Assembly (NCBI RefSeq): GCF_001194135.2
Contig: NC_068987.1
Span: forward strand, 49,218,428 to 49,282,427
DNA: 64,000 nt
Origin: Octopus bimaculoides
Lineage: Eukaryota
Reading direction: 5' to 3'
Part shown: positions 34,108-46,855 of the stretch, in pieces
How the letters are laid out: each line of letters begins with the position of its first letter
Position numbering within the stretch: position 1 is the stretch's first letter
Translations under genes and position numbers: made by a program
Notes under the pieces: model-generated
The model's input: the letters and a program-made list of their open reading frames with translations, nothing else
What the model was told of the DNA's origin: nothing
The model's database searches: none

Positions 34108-34296
34108 TTGACTGAACACTATTCAATTTTTTTTTCTCCGTGTTTTTCTCCTTGTCTCCGTATTCTTTCTGTTGAAGAGCGTAGCTCGAAACGTCAAAGA
34201 CTTACCGTATTCCCGAGCATCATACTAATATATACTTTTGTTATTTACACCACCTGTCATCGTCTGTTGTTATTATTTGTATATTCTCCCATATAT
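34108..34296 (+). mobile_element. Short Penelope-pLTR-like element carrying a hammerhead-like motif
   Basis: Pyrimidine-rich arm, then CTGTTGAAGAGCGTAGCTCGAAACGTCAAAGA; flanked by (AT)n. Confidence 0.55.
34164..34200 (+). ncRNA. Minimal hammerhead ribozyme-like motif, A6U variant
   Basis: UCUUU-CUGUUGA-A-GAGC(GUA)GCUC-GAA-ACGU-C/AAAGA: stem I 5 bp, stem II 4 bp, palindromic stem III, GUC triplet. Confidence 0.55.
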
Positions 34297-36171
34297 ATAN
34301 NNNNNNNNNNNNNNNNNNNNNNNNNNNNNNNNNNNNNNNNNNNNNNNNNNNNNNNNNNNNNNNNNNNNNNNNNATATATATATATATATGTATATATACA
34401 TACCAGATTGGAGCCTGATGTGGCTTCCTGGCTTGCCAGTCCCCAGTCAAACCGTCCAACCCATGCCAGCATGGAAAAGGATGTTAAACGATGATGATGA
34501 TGATGATGAAATAAGTAAGAAGACAAAGAAAATTCTTTAGCACATCTCTAATGAATCATTAGAGATATGTTAAAGAATTTTCTTTCTCTTCTTCTTATTG
34601 TTATTTAGATTGTTTATTCTTCATTAAACTCACTTTATGGTGTGATTGTCATGAAATTTGAATTTCCTAAACCTGAGGAATTCAATATTGGCTGGGAACC
34701 CAACGCCGTTAATAACCCAATATTCAGGTTGAGTGCTTCTCTGGAAATACCCTAACTTTACACCCAACCAGCAGGATATATATATCATCACCATCATCAT
34801 CATCATTTAATGTCTGTTTTCCATGTGGGCATGGGTTGGATAGTTTGAAGGAGCTGGCCAGCCACAAAGTTGTTCAGGCTCCAATTGTCTGTTTTTGACA
34901 TGGTTTCTACAGCTGGATGTCCTTCCTAATGCCAACCACTTTACACAGAGTGTTGGGTGGTTTTTATGTGCAACCAGCATGGGTGCTCTTACATGGCCCT
35001 GGCATGAGTGCATTTTACGTGGCACTGGAAGACAAAGACCTCTCTGCTAGAATAGGGAGAGGAGGCATGGCCATAAAGGCACATATATACATATATGTAT
35101 ATATATATATATATATATCATAGCCATGACCATTGCCAGTGTCATGTAAATGGTACCCATGAAATTGTTGTGACCATTGCCGGTCATGTTTACACACAAC
35201 AATACACGCAAGTAATATATCATTAGAAAAACAGGCAGTGTGTGTATATATATATATAAATAAATAGAGAATATTAATACTCATGAGATATAGTAATGTT
35301 AGTGGCTGCNNNNNNNNNNNNNNNNNNNNNNNNNNNNNNNNNNNNNNNNNNNNNNNNNNNNNNNNNNNNNNNNNNNNNNNNNNNNNNNNNNNNNNNNNNN
35401 NNNNNNNNNNNNNNNNNNNNNNNNNNNNNNNNNNNNNNNNNNNNNNNNNNNNNNNNNNNNNNNNNNNNNNNNNNNNNNNNNNNNNNNNNNNNNNNNNNNN
35501 NNNNNNNNNNNNNNNNNNNNNNNNNNNNNNNNNNNNNNNNNNNNNNNNNNNNNNNNNNNNNNNNNNNNNNNNNNNNNNNNNNNNNNNNNNNNNNNNNNNN
35601 NNNNNNNNNNNNNNNNNACATCTTCAAAATGAGTTTCTAAAATGAAATTCCATTATGCAGCTGAGGAGTACATTTTCATTGTATTTTCTGTGGTGTTCTC
35701 ACTACATGAATAAATGGAGCTTGTACGAAACGTACGTACTGCTATAACCTATTGAATTTTTGTTGCTTAACTTCAAATTTTATTCACCAAATCTCTTGAT
35801 TTTGTTTTTGGTTTTTTCCTACCAAATTCTGGTGCCTCAAACATTTTAAGTACCACATTTAATCTTTTGATTAAATCTATATTATCATTATATGTATATA
35901 TATATATATATATATCATAGCCATGACCATTGCCAGTGTCATGTAAATGGTACCCATGAAATTGTTGTGACCATTGCCGGTCATGTTTACACACAACAAT
36001 ACACGCAAGTAATATATCATTAGAAAAACAGGCAGTGTGTGTATATATATATATAAATAAATAGAGAATATTAATACTCATGAGATATAGTAATGTTAGT
36101 GGCTGCAAGCTAAAACCCTATAGGCAAAATTAATAGATATATAATTAATAGATATATAAAAGAATTATATA

Positions 36172-36664
36172 TAACAAGAGCACTTTTTTAAAAAACACCA
36201 GCTTTGCTAAAATCAGAGTAAACACTCAGAAGCCACAAAAGTTAACACTATATTTTCGCAGGGATGGTTGGAAAAAAATTAAGCGAAATAAGTTTGCAGC
36301 CACTAACATTAATATATTTCATGAGTATTAATGTTCTTTATTTATTTTTATTAAAAAAATTGTATTCACTTGATTCGTTTTTCTCAGTGCAGCTTGGGCA
36401 GTGAAATGAACACAGGCATTGGTTGAAGTGATATATAAGAGTTTGTTACTAGTAGACTTATTGTTTTTTGGCGTTAAATTCGAAATCATGATATCAAGTT
36501 AACTGGCATTCCTTCTTGCAATTTTGCGGACATAAGATGCAATCCTTATTTTACTTAATTTTTTTCCAACCATGCCTGTAAAAATATAGTGTTAACTTTT
36601 CTGGCTTCCAAGTGTGTACTCCTATTTTAGCAAAGCTGGTGATTTTAAAAAAGCGCCTCTGTTA
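36172..36664. mobile_element. MITE with ~110-bp TIRs in a TA context
   Basis: TAACAAGAGCACTTTTTTAAAAAACACCAGCTTTGCTAAAAT...GGTTGGAAAAAAATTAAG pairs with CTTAATTTTTTTCCAACC...TTTAGCAAAGCTGGTGATTTTAAAAAAGCGCCTCTGTTA. Confidence 0.85.
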
Positions 36665-36743
36665 TATATACACGTAAATGTTGAACAATGGGAATGAGCA
36701 CTCAACACCACATTGGTGGATAGAATTTCTTTATTCATGCATT

Positions 36744-36946
36744 AAGGCTACCATTGGTTTCATATTAAGAAAATTATCTTAATATCTTAACAATTTTCCA
36801 AGTCAGTCACATAGAGGAATAATGTTCATTTCTGTTTTGGAGATGAACACCAAAATAGAAACTAACACCATTCCTCCATGTGATTGGCTTGAAAAATTGT
36901 TAAGATATTAAGATATTTTTCTTAACATGAAACCGATGGTAGCCTT
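36744..36946. mobile_element. 203-bp hairpin MITE
   Basis: AAGGCTACCATTGGTTTCATATTAAGAAAATTATCTTAATATCTTAACAATTTT... pairs with ...AAAATTGTTAAGATATTAAGATATTTTTCTTAACATGAAACCGATGGTAGCCTT. Confidence 0.85.
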
Positions 36947-36963
36947 GCTCCAGTATGATATCT

Positions 36964-37007
<44 letters not shown>

Positions 37008-37359
37008 NNNNNNNNNNNNNNNNNNNNNNNNNNNNNNNNNNNNNNNNNNNNNNNNNNNNNNNNNNNNNNNNNNNNNNNNNNNNNNNNNNNNNNNNNNNNN
37101 NNNNNNNNNNNNNNNNNNNNNNNNNNNNNNNNNNNNNNNNNNNNNNNNNNNNNNNNNNNNNNNNNNNNNNNNNNNNNNNNNNNNNNNNNNNNNNNNNNNN
37201 NNNNNNNNNNNNNNNNNNNNNNNNNNNNNNNNNNNNNNNNNNNNNNNNNNNNNNNNNNNNNNNNNNNNNNNNNNNNNNNNNNNNNNNNNNNNNNNNNNNN
37301 NNNNNNNNNNNNNNNNNNNNNNNNNNNNNNNNNNNNNNNNNNNNNNNNNNNNNNNNNNN

Positions 37360-37516
37360 GGTGCCACGCAGTGGGACTGAACCCGGAACCATGTGGTTGG
37401 TAAGCAAGCTACTTACCACACAGCCACTCCTTCGCCTATAGAAGACACTTGCCCAAGGTGCCACGCAGTGGGACTGAACCCGGAACCATGTGGTTGGTAA
37501 GCAAGCTACTTACCAC

Positions 37517-37517
<1 letters not shown>
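37360..37517 (-). mobile_element. tRNA-derived SINE (family D) with a partial tandem duplication
   Basis: GTGCCACGCAGTGGGACTGAACCCGGAACCATGTGGTTGGTAAGCAAGCTACTTACCACA occurs twice (37361, 37458). Family copies also at ~21065, 23560, 29980, 41105, 50650, 54605 and 55760. Confidence 0.8.
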
Positions 37518-37547
<30 letters not shown>

Positions 37548-37570
37548 CATACATACATATATATATATAT

Positions 37571-38678
37571 AAAAGCAAAGTTTGAAGAAAATATTGGCCA
37601 TTTTTCATACTTTCTTGGGGTAAGTAAATAGGAAATAACAGTTGCTACCCAAGGACAAAAATCGTATTCTACAATGTTATCGACATACTATGCTGAATGT
37701 TTTAACAATTTAATTTAATTTAATTAACGGGAAGTGATGGCCAACTCTGCCATATCTACTTACATACACATGCATTTTATTTTCTGTCAGATGAAATGAC
37801 AAACAGGTTGGCTTCATAGTCATCAGGAAATAGGATTGGCAGTTAGTCACAAATACTAAGGCTTTTCCTGGTGAGTCACATATATATGACATCCCAAACC
37901 TCTTCTCATCATCAGTAATGACAGGTGTGCAAACTATCATTTCATATGCACTTTCTCATAAAAACATTTTAATTTCTCCTGACACAACCTTACAATAGAG
38001 AACTCCTCCCACCTCTGTTCCTTTCATCACAGAACATTGGCAAACCTTTTACTTTTAGCTTATCTCCATGACATGGATACCTAATGTCTAGTATCTCTTC
38101 TAGCAACCAGATAGTCTTCCTTGCTTCTAATACTTCTAGGCTTGTCACCTTGGTTAGAATATTGCTGCAACCACAGATCTCTGGCATCTCTGGTCTACAA
38201 CAGATTGTTTCACAAAAACTCCAAACTGTCCTTCTGTTTGTCATATGCTTCAACTAGTGCTACTGTGAAGCTGTTTGATCGCAGGATATTTCAACCTCCT
38301 TAACTTGCTTCTCCAAACTATTTCGTGTTTCTGAGTTTTTTCAGCTCTCACTCTGCTGTCCCTCATCACAAGTCTTTGTTGAGTGACTCACCAGGAAAAG
38401 CCTTAGTATTTGTGACTAACTGCCTATCCTATTTCCTGATGAGTATGAAGCCAACCTGTTTGGCATTTTATCTGACAGAAAATAAAATACATGTGTATGT
38501 AAGTAGATATGGCAGAGTTGGTCATCACTTCCCAATTAAATTGTTAAAACATCCAGCATAGTATGTTGATAACATTGTATAATACGATTTTTGTCCTTGG
38601 GTAGCAACAGTTATTTCCTATTTACTTACCCCAAGAAAGTATGAAAAATGGCTAATATTTTCTTCAAACTTTGCTTTT
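37571..38678. repeat. Long inverted repeat: ~300-bp arms (37571-37879, 38383-38678) around a ~500-bp spacer
   Basis: The arms are near-perfect reverse complements from AAAAGCAAAGTTTGAAG to CCTGGTGAGTCAC. Confidence 0.9.
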
Positions 38679-39755
38679 GTTACATTTATTCACACCCCAA
38701 AGAATCCCTCTCAACATCTGGTTATATGATGCTCCCCCATTGCTCCTGCTCATGATACACATATTGTCATCCACTAAGGGACATGCTCAAGTGGTTAAGA
38801 TCAAGCAACTGTGGTACTGAGCAGAATATTTGCTATAGCAATATTTCTGCTTCAGCAGCTCAACACTTGAATGTGTCTGAAATGTAGTGGAAAATAAGTC
38901 AGTTTCAAAACATTGATGTCCATGTTGCAAAAATAAAGTTTGAAGGAAATAGTAGTCATTTCCTTTGATTTCTAGATAGAAACAAATAGGAAATAACACT
39001 TATTGACCAAAGACAAAAAAAAAAAAATTATTTTGTTACACAGTGCAATAGCACTTTTTCTCCAAACCATTGGACAATCCCTCTAAACACATGGCTTATA
39101 TTTTATCACAGAGATGTGAGTTTGAGTCTCATGGCTGGCCAGTAGCATATTTTTCTGCAATAAATGGATATCCTGATCACGCTATTTATAGCATTATCAT
39201 GCGTTTGAGAAATAAATTTATTTCAGTTCTTAAATTTTATGTTTTATAATCTTTCTTATATTTAATAATCTTTCCCAAAATACAATTGAAGCATTGCACA
39301 ACTTGTGTAAGGTAATGTAGTTATAGTCTTTGTTATGATTCATTGGCATCACCTTACATATTTTGTCTACCTTGTCACTTGCATTGTTTAAAGGATTTCA
39401 AAAATATTTATATCATAATACATCCCCAATTATATTCTAAAATGCTGCTATATCGTTAATCTTTGATAATATTTATACACATCTCCTGACCTTTCAAACC
39501 ACTTCCATTGGTTCACTCCTGAGACTGATATACTAAAGTTATTTACAGTGAATTATGCACCACACCTATCTAATTTTGCCATGAAACCCAAACTGTTTGT
39601 TTTAAGTTAATCACATAAAGCAGATACTCTCTTTTCTGTGAAGTAAATCCTGAGTTTTCCTCAAAGTGTATGTATACTTATATGTATGTGTGTTTGTCAG
39701 TGTGATTATGTATGTATGAGTGTTGTAGAAATCTAATCTATTTTGTGTGTGTGTG

Positions 39756-39797
<42 letters not shown>

Positions 39798-40608
39798 TTG
39801 CAGTAAATTAAGTCAAGAATGTTAAGTGTAATAGGAAAAGTTACGATAAAATGATGCCCTTTAGTGTGGAAGTATTCCTTTCAGTTATTAATATACAGGG
39901 AAAGGAAATAAAACAACCAACACAACAAAAACTCTGAGAACAACTTTTAAACTGATTAAGAGTGTCTAAAAACAGAAATGACTTCAGTGAGAAATTATGT
40001 TGTTTGTGAAGAGTTTAATTGATTAGATTTTAACAGTAAACCAAAATAGAATTTAGATAAAGAACCAATGGAGTATTTTATATTCCGAGAAGAAATCCGT
40101 GATTACTAAACAAAAAGTTATAAAATGTTCCCTTTGTCCTTTGTCTATATTTTCTATCTCTGGCTCCATCTCTTTGTCTCTGAGCTCTCCCAGTTTTCTC
40201 AGAATTTCTACTTTATCTAAGGAAATGAAGAATACAAGTCTTATGCAGCGTTCAGGAATTGAAACACAATACATATGTTAACATAGCTATTATTGTTGTT
40301 TAAATTTAAGTGAACTTTGTTTGAATATTTCCACTAAAGTTTACTGGTGGGGGCATATCAATAAATTTTAGGTGTCACTCATCATCACCATCATCATTTT
40401 AATGTCCACTTTTCTATTCTTACTTGGGTCCGATGGAGTTTATTAAGGGAGATTTTCTACAGCTAAATGTTGCTAGTCCTTACCTGTTTCTAAGCAGCAA
40501 GGTTATATTTCCCCCTGGTCAGACATTTTTTCTGTGAATATTGGAAATGAATGACACTGCTTGTATGACAATAATATTTGTTTGTAACTATGATTCAATG
40601 TGAAGAGG

Positions 40609-40641
<33 letters not shown>

Positions 40642-41589
40642 TCAATCATCAATTATCATTCATTATCAACATTTTACATGCTGGCATGAGTTGGACAGCT
40701 TGACAGGGACCAGTAAGGCCAAGGACCACACCAGGTTCTATAGTCTCTTTTGGCTTGGTTTCTATAGCTGGATGCCCTTCCTAATGCCAAGTACCCCACA
40801 AAGTGTATTAGGTGCTTTATATGTGACACCAGCACCAGTGCTTTTTATATGGCTCCAGCACCCACATCAATGCTTTTTAAATGACACCTTGGTTTTAGGA
40901 TCTTAATTATCTTGTGGTGGGCAGATCTCCTCAAGTACAGCAATGCACCACATATTTCAATCCTTTGTCATCTCCTTCACAAGGTTCAGTGTTTTGAGAT
41001 CAATCTTCAATACTTCGTTGCATGTCTTTCTGGGTCTCCCTCTTCCACAAATTCCCTCCACTTACATACATACATACATATGTATGTATGGTATACTATG
41101 CTATGCTTCTTTCAGTTTCCATCTACCAAATATACACGAAGATTTTGGTTGGCATGGGTTACAGTTGAATACATTTGCCCAACATGCCCCACAGTGGACA
41201 TGAACCCATATCATATGGTTGGAAAGCAAATTTCTTAACCACAGAGCCATTCCTGCACCTTAAATTTACTGGATACATAAGACAATTGTAAATGTCTATC
41301 ATGTTTACTATAGACAGGGACACTGGGTTTGACTGAATGTTGTCATTCCAAATACTCTTATATTCTCTTCAGTAACTGGTTACCCTACAATAACTGCCAC
41401 TGGGAAATTATATTTAAAGCTGCTATTGTTACATTTATAACTAGCACTATAGCATTTAAACTGGCCATATCCAACCCAAATACGCTATCTGTGTTATGCT
41501 ATTTTAATTTCAAACCAGATTCGTCTGTCTTCTCATACCTACTCTACAATGTCATTCTTAAAATAAACAATCACATCCATCAACTGCCA

Positions 41590-42590
41590 ATGGGGCAAGC
41601 TAGAGGTAGTAGATAGTTTCTGTCATCTAGGTGACCAAGTTAGTAGTGGAGGTGGATGCTCCAAGAGTGTAGCTGTGAGAATAAGATTAGGATGGGCAAA
41701 ATTCAGAGAACTCCTACCCCTGTAGGTAACAAGGAGCCTCTCTCTCAAAGTGAAAGTCAGATTGCTTGATGCCTGTGTGCAAACAGCTATGCTACATGGC
41801 AGTGAAACATGGGCTATGACAGCCAAAGACATGCATAGGCTTGAAAGAAATGAAGCCAGTATGCTTTGCTGGATGTGTAATATCAGTATGCATGTTTGAC
41901 AGAGTGTAAGCATCTTGAGAGAAAAGTTAGGCATAAGAAGCATCAGATGTGGTGTGCAAGAGAAATGACTGTGCCGGTATGGTCATGTAATACATATGGA
42001 CGAGGACAGCTGTGTAAAGAAGGGCCGATCTCTAACTGTAGAGGGAACCTGTGTTAGAGGTAATGAAGCATGATCTTCAAATTTTGAGCCTCACAGAGGC
42101 AATGACTAATGACCAAGACCATTGGCAATGTGCTGTGCTTGAGAGGACCCATCAAGCTAAGTACATCCATGCTGGTGGCATGGAAAGAACACCTTTCCAG
42201 CATTGGGCCTCACAGAGGCAAAGTGATTGAGTTCCTTTCACGTGTTGAACCTCATAGAGGCAATGACCGAGACCTTTGGCATTGTTGTGCTTGAAAAGAA
42301 GACGCATCAAGCTGAGCAAAATCACAGTCATGGCAGATACTGGTATCATGCAAATTGGCACCCATGCTACTGGCACATAAAAGCACCCTAGTGTCATGCA
42401 AATGGCACCCGTGCTGGTGGAACGTAAAAGCATCCATTACACTCTTGGAGTGGTTGGCATTAGGAAGGGCATCCAGCTATAAAAACCATACCAAATCAGA
42501 CTGGAGTCTGGTGCAACCTTCCAGCATGCCAGCCTGGTTAAACCATCCAACCCATGCCAGCATGGACAATGGACACTAAATGATAAGGAT
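41590..42590 (+). mobile_element. 5'-truncated RTE LINE: ORF end plus 3' UTR and (GAT)n-like tail
   Basis: EVVDSFCHLGDQVSSGGGCSKSVAVRIRLGWAKFRELLP...LHGSETWAM...ERNEASML, followed by the family-E tail sequence. Confidence 0.9.
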
Positions 42591-43159
42591 GATGAGCAGG
42601 ACATTCACTAAATCTTGAAGCTATAAGATAATGCATGATTAATTCAAAACAAAGTGAATAAATAAGCATTATATTTTTTGCCAAAGTAATCTGAAATGCT
42701 ATCTGACATATTTTCAGCTAATTAGTTCTGTCATGTAAATTATTGATGTCACAGCAGCATTTATTTGAAATACTGATGAGAGTATAAAACTACTCAGAGC
42801 AGCATTGTCAAACTGATCCTTCTTTTACTGTCCATAGTAAGATTGAATAAACATAATAAATATTTACAACGGTTTTATGTACTTTGTAAATTTGGTCACA
42901 AATTTTGGCACAAGGTCAGTAAATTTGGGGGCGGAGGGGAGAACAATTATATCGTCTTCAGTGCTCAACTGGTACTTGTTTTATCAACCTGAAAGGATGA
43001 AAGGTAAAGTCGATCTCAGTAGAAATATATATCTTGTAAATTTATTTAATTTACAAAGGCAGCAACTGCTAAAATCTATGAGTATATCCACTAAAGTTTA
43101 TTGTGGTGGGCAGAAGGTTCTATCAATAAATTTTAGCTGTCACTCATTGTCATCATCAG

Positions 43160-43192
<33 letters not shown>

Positions 43193-43999
43193 TTTACTAT
43201 CCACTTTTCTATTTTTGTATGGATCAGATGGAGTTTACTAAGGGAGATTTTCTACAGCTGAATGTTCTTATTGCTAACCTTCGCCTGTTTCTAAGCAGCA
43301 AGGTAACATTTCACCATGGCCAGATATGTTTTCAGTGAATACTGGAAATGACTGACACTGCTCGTATGACTAACATCCATTTACAACTATGATTCAGAGT
43401 GAAAAGGATACCCAAACACACAGAAATATATACACACACATACACGTGTGTGTGTATAGATAGGTAGATATACATATACATATATATATATTTACACACA
43501 CACAGACACAACACATATGGCATACTCCTTTCAGTTTCTGTCTACCAAATCCATTGCAACTCTTTGGTTGGCCTCTGTTATAGTGAATACATTTGTCCAA
43601 CATCTCTCTGAGTGAGGTATGTAAGCTAAGTAGACTTTAGTGTGAAAATTAAATACTATTGACATTTCAGTAATATACATAGCCTATACTCTCATGGTCA
43701 AAGGTGTTTGGATTACAATATTACAATGCTGAACCCTTTATCTGATGTAGTTCTTTGAGAATACACAATCCAATAGATCCTTCTTCTTATAAGATGGCAG
43801 TGTGTGATATTAAGGAGATTTAGCTGCTGTCTCAAGGAAGTAATGTGACCACATAGTTTACTCTGTTGGCTCAGTTAACATAATTTCAAACACTGTGTCT
43901 TTTAGTGCAATGAAACATGTGGCTTCCTGTAGTTTTGAATGGAAATATGACACAAAAATAATGTAAAATGAACAAGGGAAAAAAAGAAATCCAAAGAAA

Positions 44000-45817
44000 A
44001 ACAACATTATGCAGAATATTTTATTTCACTTTTCAAAACCACATGTGTTCATTTCCTTAAAAAATACAGAATTTCAGAATATCTCTGATGGAAAAAGAAA
44101 ATTAAAGAAAAAATACTGATTTCTGAAGCTAAATGCACTGTTCAATAATCATAAATGAGCAGGGTATGTATTTGTGTATACATGTGTGTGTGTATTTAAG
44201 TATGTATGTTTGTATGTATGTGTCCATATGTGTGTTTGAAAGAATTTTGCCACTGGCCTTCGTTGTTTATTTATTTAGAGGATAATTAAGATCTTCAATT
44301 TCATCCAATGCAAGACTTTATTTGTAGAGAAGTGTACCCCAATATTGATTACAAAAGAAAAAGCAAAGCAAAACGAAAATAAAAACAAACAAAAAACATT
44401 CTATAATAATTTAATGATTGCAAAGAGGGGCAAAATAATTAAGTGACTAGGATAAAATAAAATTTTTAAAATATCTATAAAAATGTGAGAATTAAGGAAG
44501 CTTTGCTGATTTCTGGTAGAAAGAAAAACCTGTCAACTGAAGCTGTAATTTGCAGCATATTGGAAACAATTAAAAATAAACTTTAATCTGTTCACAAACA
44601 ACAATAATCCATAGATCCAGTTTCCAGGCCTTCTATGTGTTGTGTTAAGCAACTGAGAGACAAATAAACTTCTGTTGAGAGAATTCTTGTCTGTTGTTTT
44701 TGTTGTTATTGTTGTTATTATTATTATCATCATGATTATCATCATCATCATCGTCGTCGTCGTCATCATCATCTCTGTTCTGATATGTTGCCAAAAAAAA
44801 CAGAAGAGTCCTTTGACTTGCTTCTGCTACATTCTTCACATCAATGTCTGTTACTCTCCAGACATTCCTTTAACAGCTGTAACCAGCCAGCCAGCAAGTT
44901 AAACTTCAGAGAGTTAAAACATGAATTCTTTCAATTTGGAATATGAAGAAGATATTCTGAGCAAGAAATATTAGAAGTCTCATTTATGTGCCCAAATAAT
45001 TTTTTCATTGGCAAATGTTTTATTCTATTTGATGATTTAGTATAATTATTCCATTTATTCTATGGAAGCAAATGCTACGTCTTACAAATGTGTATCAAAA
45101 CCCTTCTTCAGTTTGAACCTAGACTGTTTTCTCTCCAATTATAAGATTTTTACAAACAAAAGTAGGATCTTTCAAACTGTGTAATGACAGCATCAAAAAA
45201 TTAACCAATGAAGCTTAACAGCTACACATAGTAGCAAACAACAAGCAGAAAGACAGACAGGAGTGAGTCATATAGTCAAATAAGAGAGGACTGAACAGTC
45301 ACACATCACATCAGATACTGTTGAGTAGTGGATGATGTAAATGACTGAAATTGCTACTAATCTGGTGCGATCACTTGCATTCAGATTTTGAACTTGTATA
45401 CAGGATGTGCAGCTAGCCATGATAACAGAGCACCAGTCTACCTCTACTGACTGAAACCTTGATGTGTCCAGTACTTCATTGATATTGATACATCACTGCA
45501 TTGCAATACATCCAAGGCAAAAGACACTTAACTTGAAACGGCTTAGTTTACTCAGTTTCAAACAGGTAAATTAAGGAGTTACCTTTTCCAGTTGTACTTA
45601 GCAAGAACATCATAATGTTGGCAACTATTTCGTAAAACTTCATGGTAGACTCTCATGGCAAGAAAAATAATTTGGAGGTGAAATGTCTCTCACATGCTAA
45701 CAGCTTTGAAAACTGGGGTAAGATCCAGCACACTGTAACACCTTCAGATAAAGGTGAATTATAAGGAAAATGAGCAAGAGAAAAAAAAAATGTCACTTCA
45801 CCCATAACAGACACTGT

Positions 45818-45866
<49 letters not shown>

Positions 45867-46046
45867 TATGTACTCATTAGCCCTAATCTCCACCAAATAC
45901 ATTCCAAATTTGCTCCAAAAAGGCATTACTCATAATAAAAAAGATGTCATTTTAGTGCAGATCTTTGTGATTTGTCTTATCCATGCATAATTAATAAGTA
46001 GTAAAAGCATGTAGATATTTGTATGTATGTGTGTCCATATACATAT

Positions 46047-46084
<38 letters not shown>

Positions 46085-46855
46085 TCACATACATGCTATA
46101 CACATTGACACATATAAGCAGTTATATATATAAATATATATATGTATATAAAATATATATATCTATGCATAGATCAAATAACTCTGGAGAAGAAAAAGAG
46201 CTTTTAATGTTAGGATCTGGAGGGGAATGTCTGGATAGGGTGTGCTTGTGTATGTATATAACAAAACAGATAAGAAAGGCATGTCCTTAGTTTAATGAAC
46301 CACACCTTTTCGAGGAAGTTATAAGACAAAGAATTTATACACACACTTGTGCACACATACACATTCAGAAACAGACTAACATACATACTTCATTCACATC
46401 TTCGCATATGCATACACAAACACACACCAGACATTTAGCTATCTGAAAACATCCCCACCAACCACCCCAACAACAACAACAACAACAAAAATCCCTAAAT
46501 AATGTAATTTTGATCCAAAAACAGTCCATAAAAAAAAAAAAAATTCTTTCCAGAAATAGTGGAAGGAGTTCAAATGAGAACAAATCTGTAAATTGCAAAT
46601 CCTTGGTAATTAAAAAGGAAGAAAAAAAAACAACAGTTATTAAGAGGAGATATAAGCCAAAGTTTGTGTCAGTTGCTCTGGTGGATACACACACACAAAG
46701 GATGTGTGTATTAACGGAATAGTGGATCATAACTGGTTTATTTCTTTACAAACATGTCAGGGGTAGGCTGAGGTTGAGTATTCTACAAACAGAAGCAATC
46801 AACAGGTATTCTTCTTTTCAGAAGAAAAGAATATAGGACTTTCTTCAGTGTTTAC
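44000..46855 (-). other. PDLIM: Terminal exon (G + TAA + ~2.85-kb 3' UTR) of the PDZ-LIM gene
   Basis: Strong acceptor TTTTACTCATTTTCTCTCTTTTACTTTTTCTTTTTATACAG|GTAA; phase-compatible with the upstream exon ending TAT AG. The region is nearly free of SINEs. Confidence 0.6.
44020..44025 (-). terminator. Candidate poly(A) signal of the PDZ-LIM gene
   Basis: Minus strand AATAAA followed ~15 nt later by a UGUUGUUUUUCUUUGG U/GU-rich downstream element. Confidence 0.55.

Noticed and set aside
35100-36107. Identical ~210-bp direct repeat (35100-35309 and ~35897-36107)
   Set aside because: Perfect identity with one copy ending exactly at an N gap points to a scaffolding overlap artefact.
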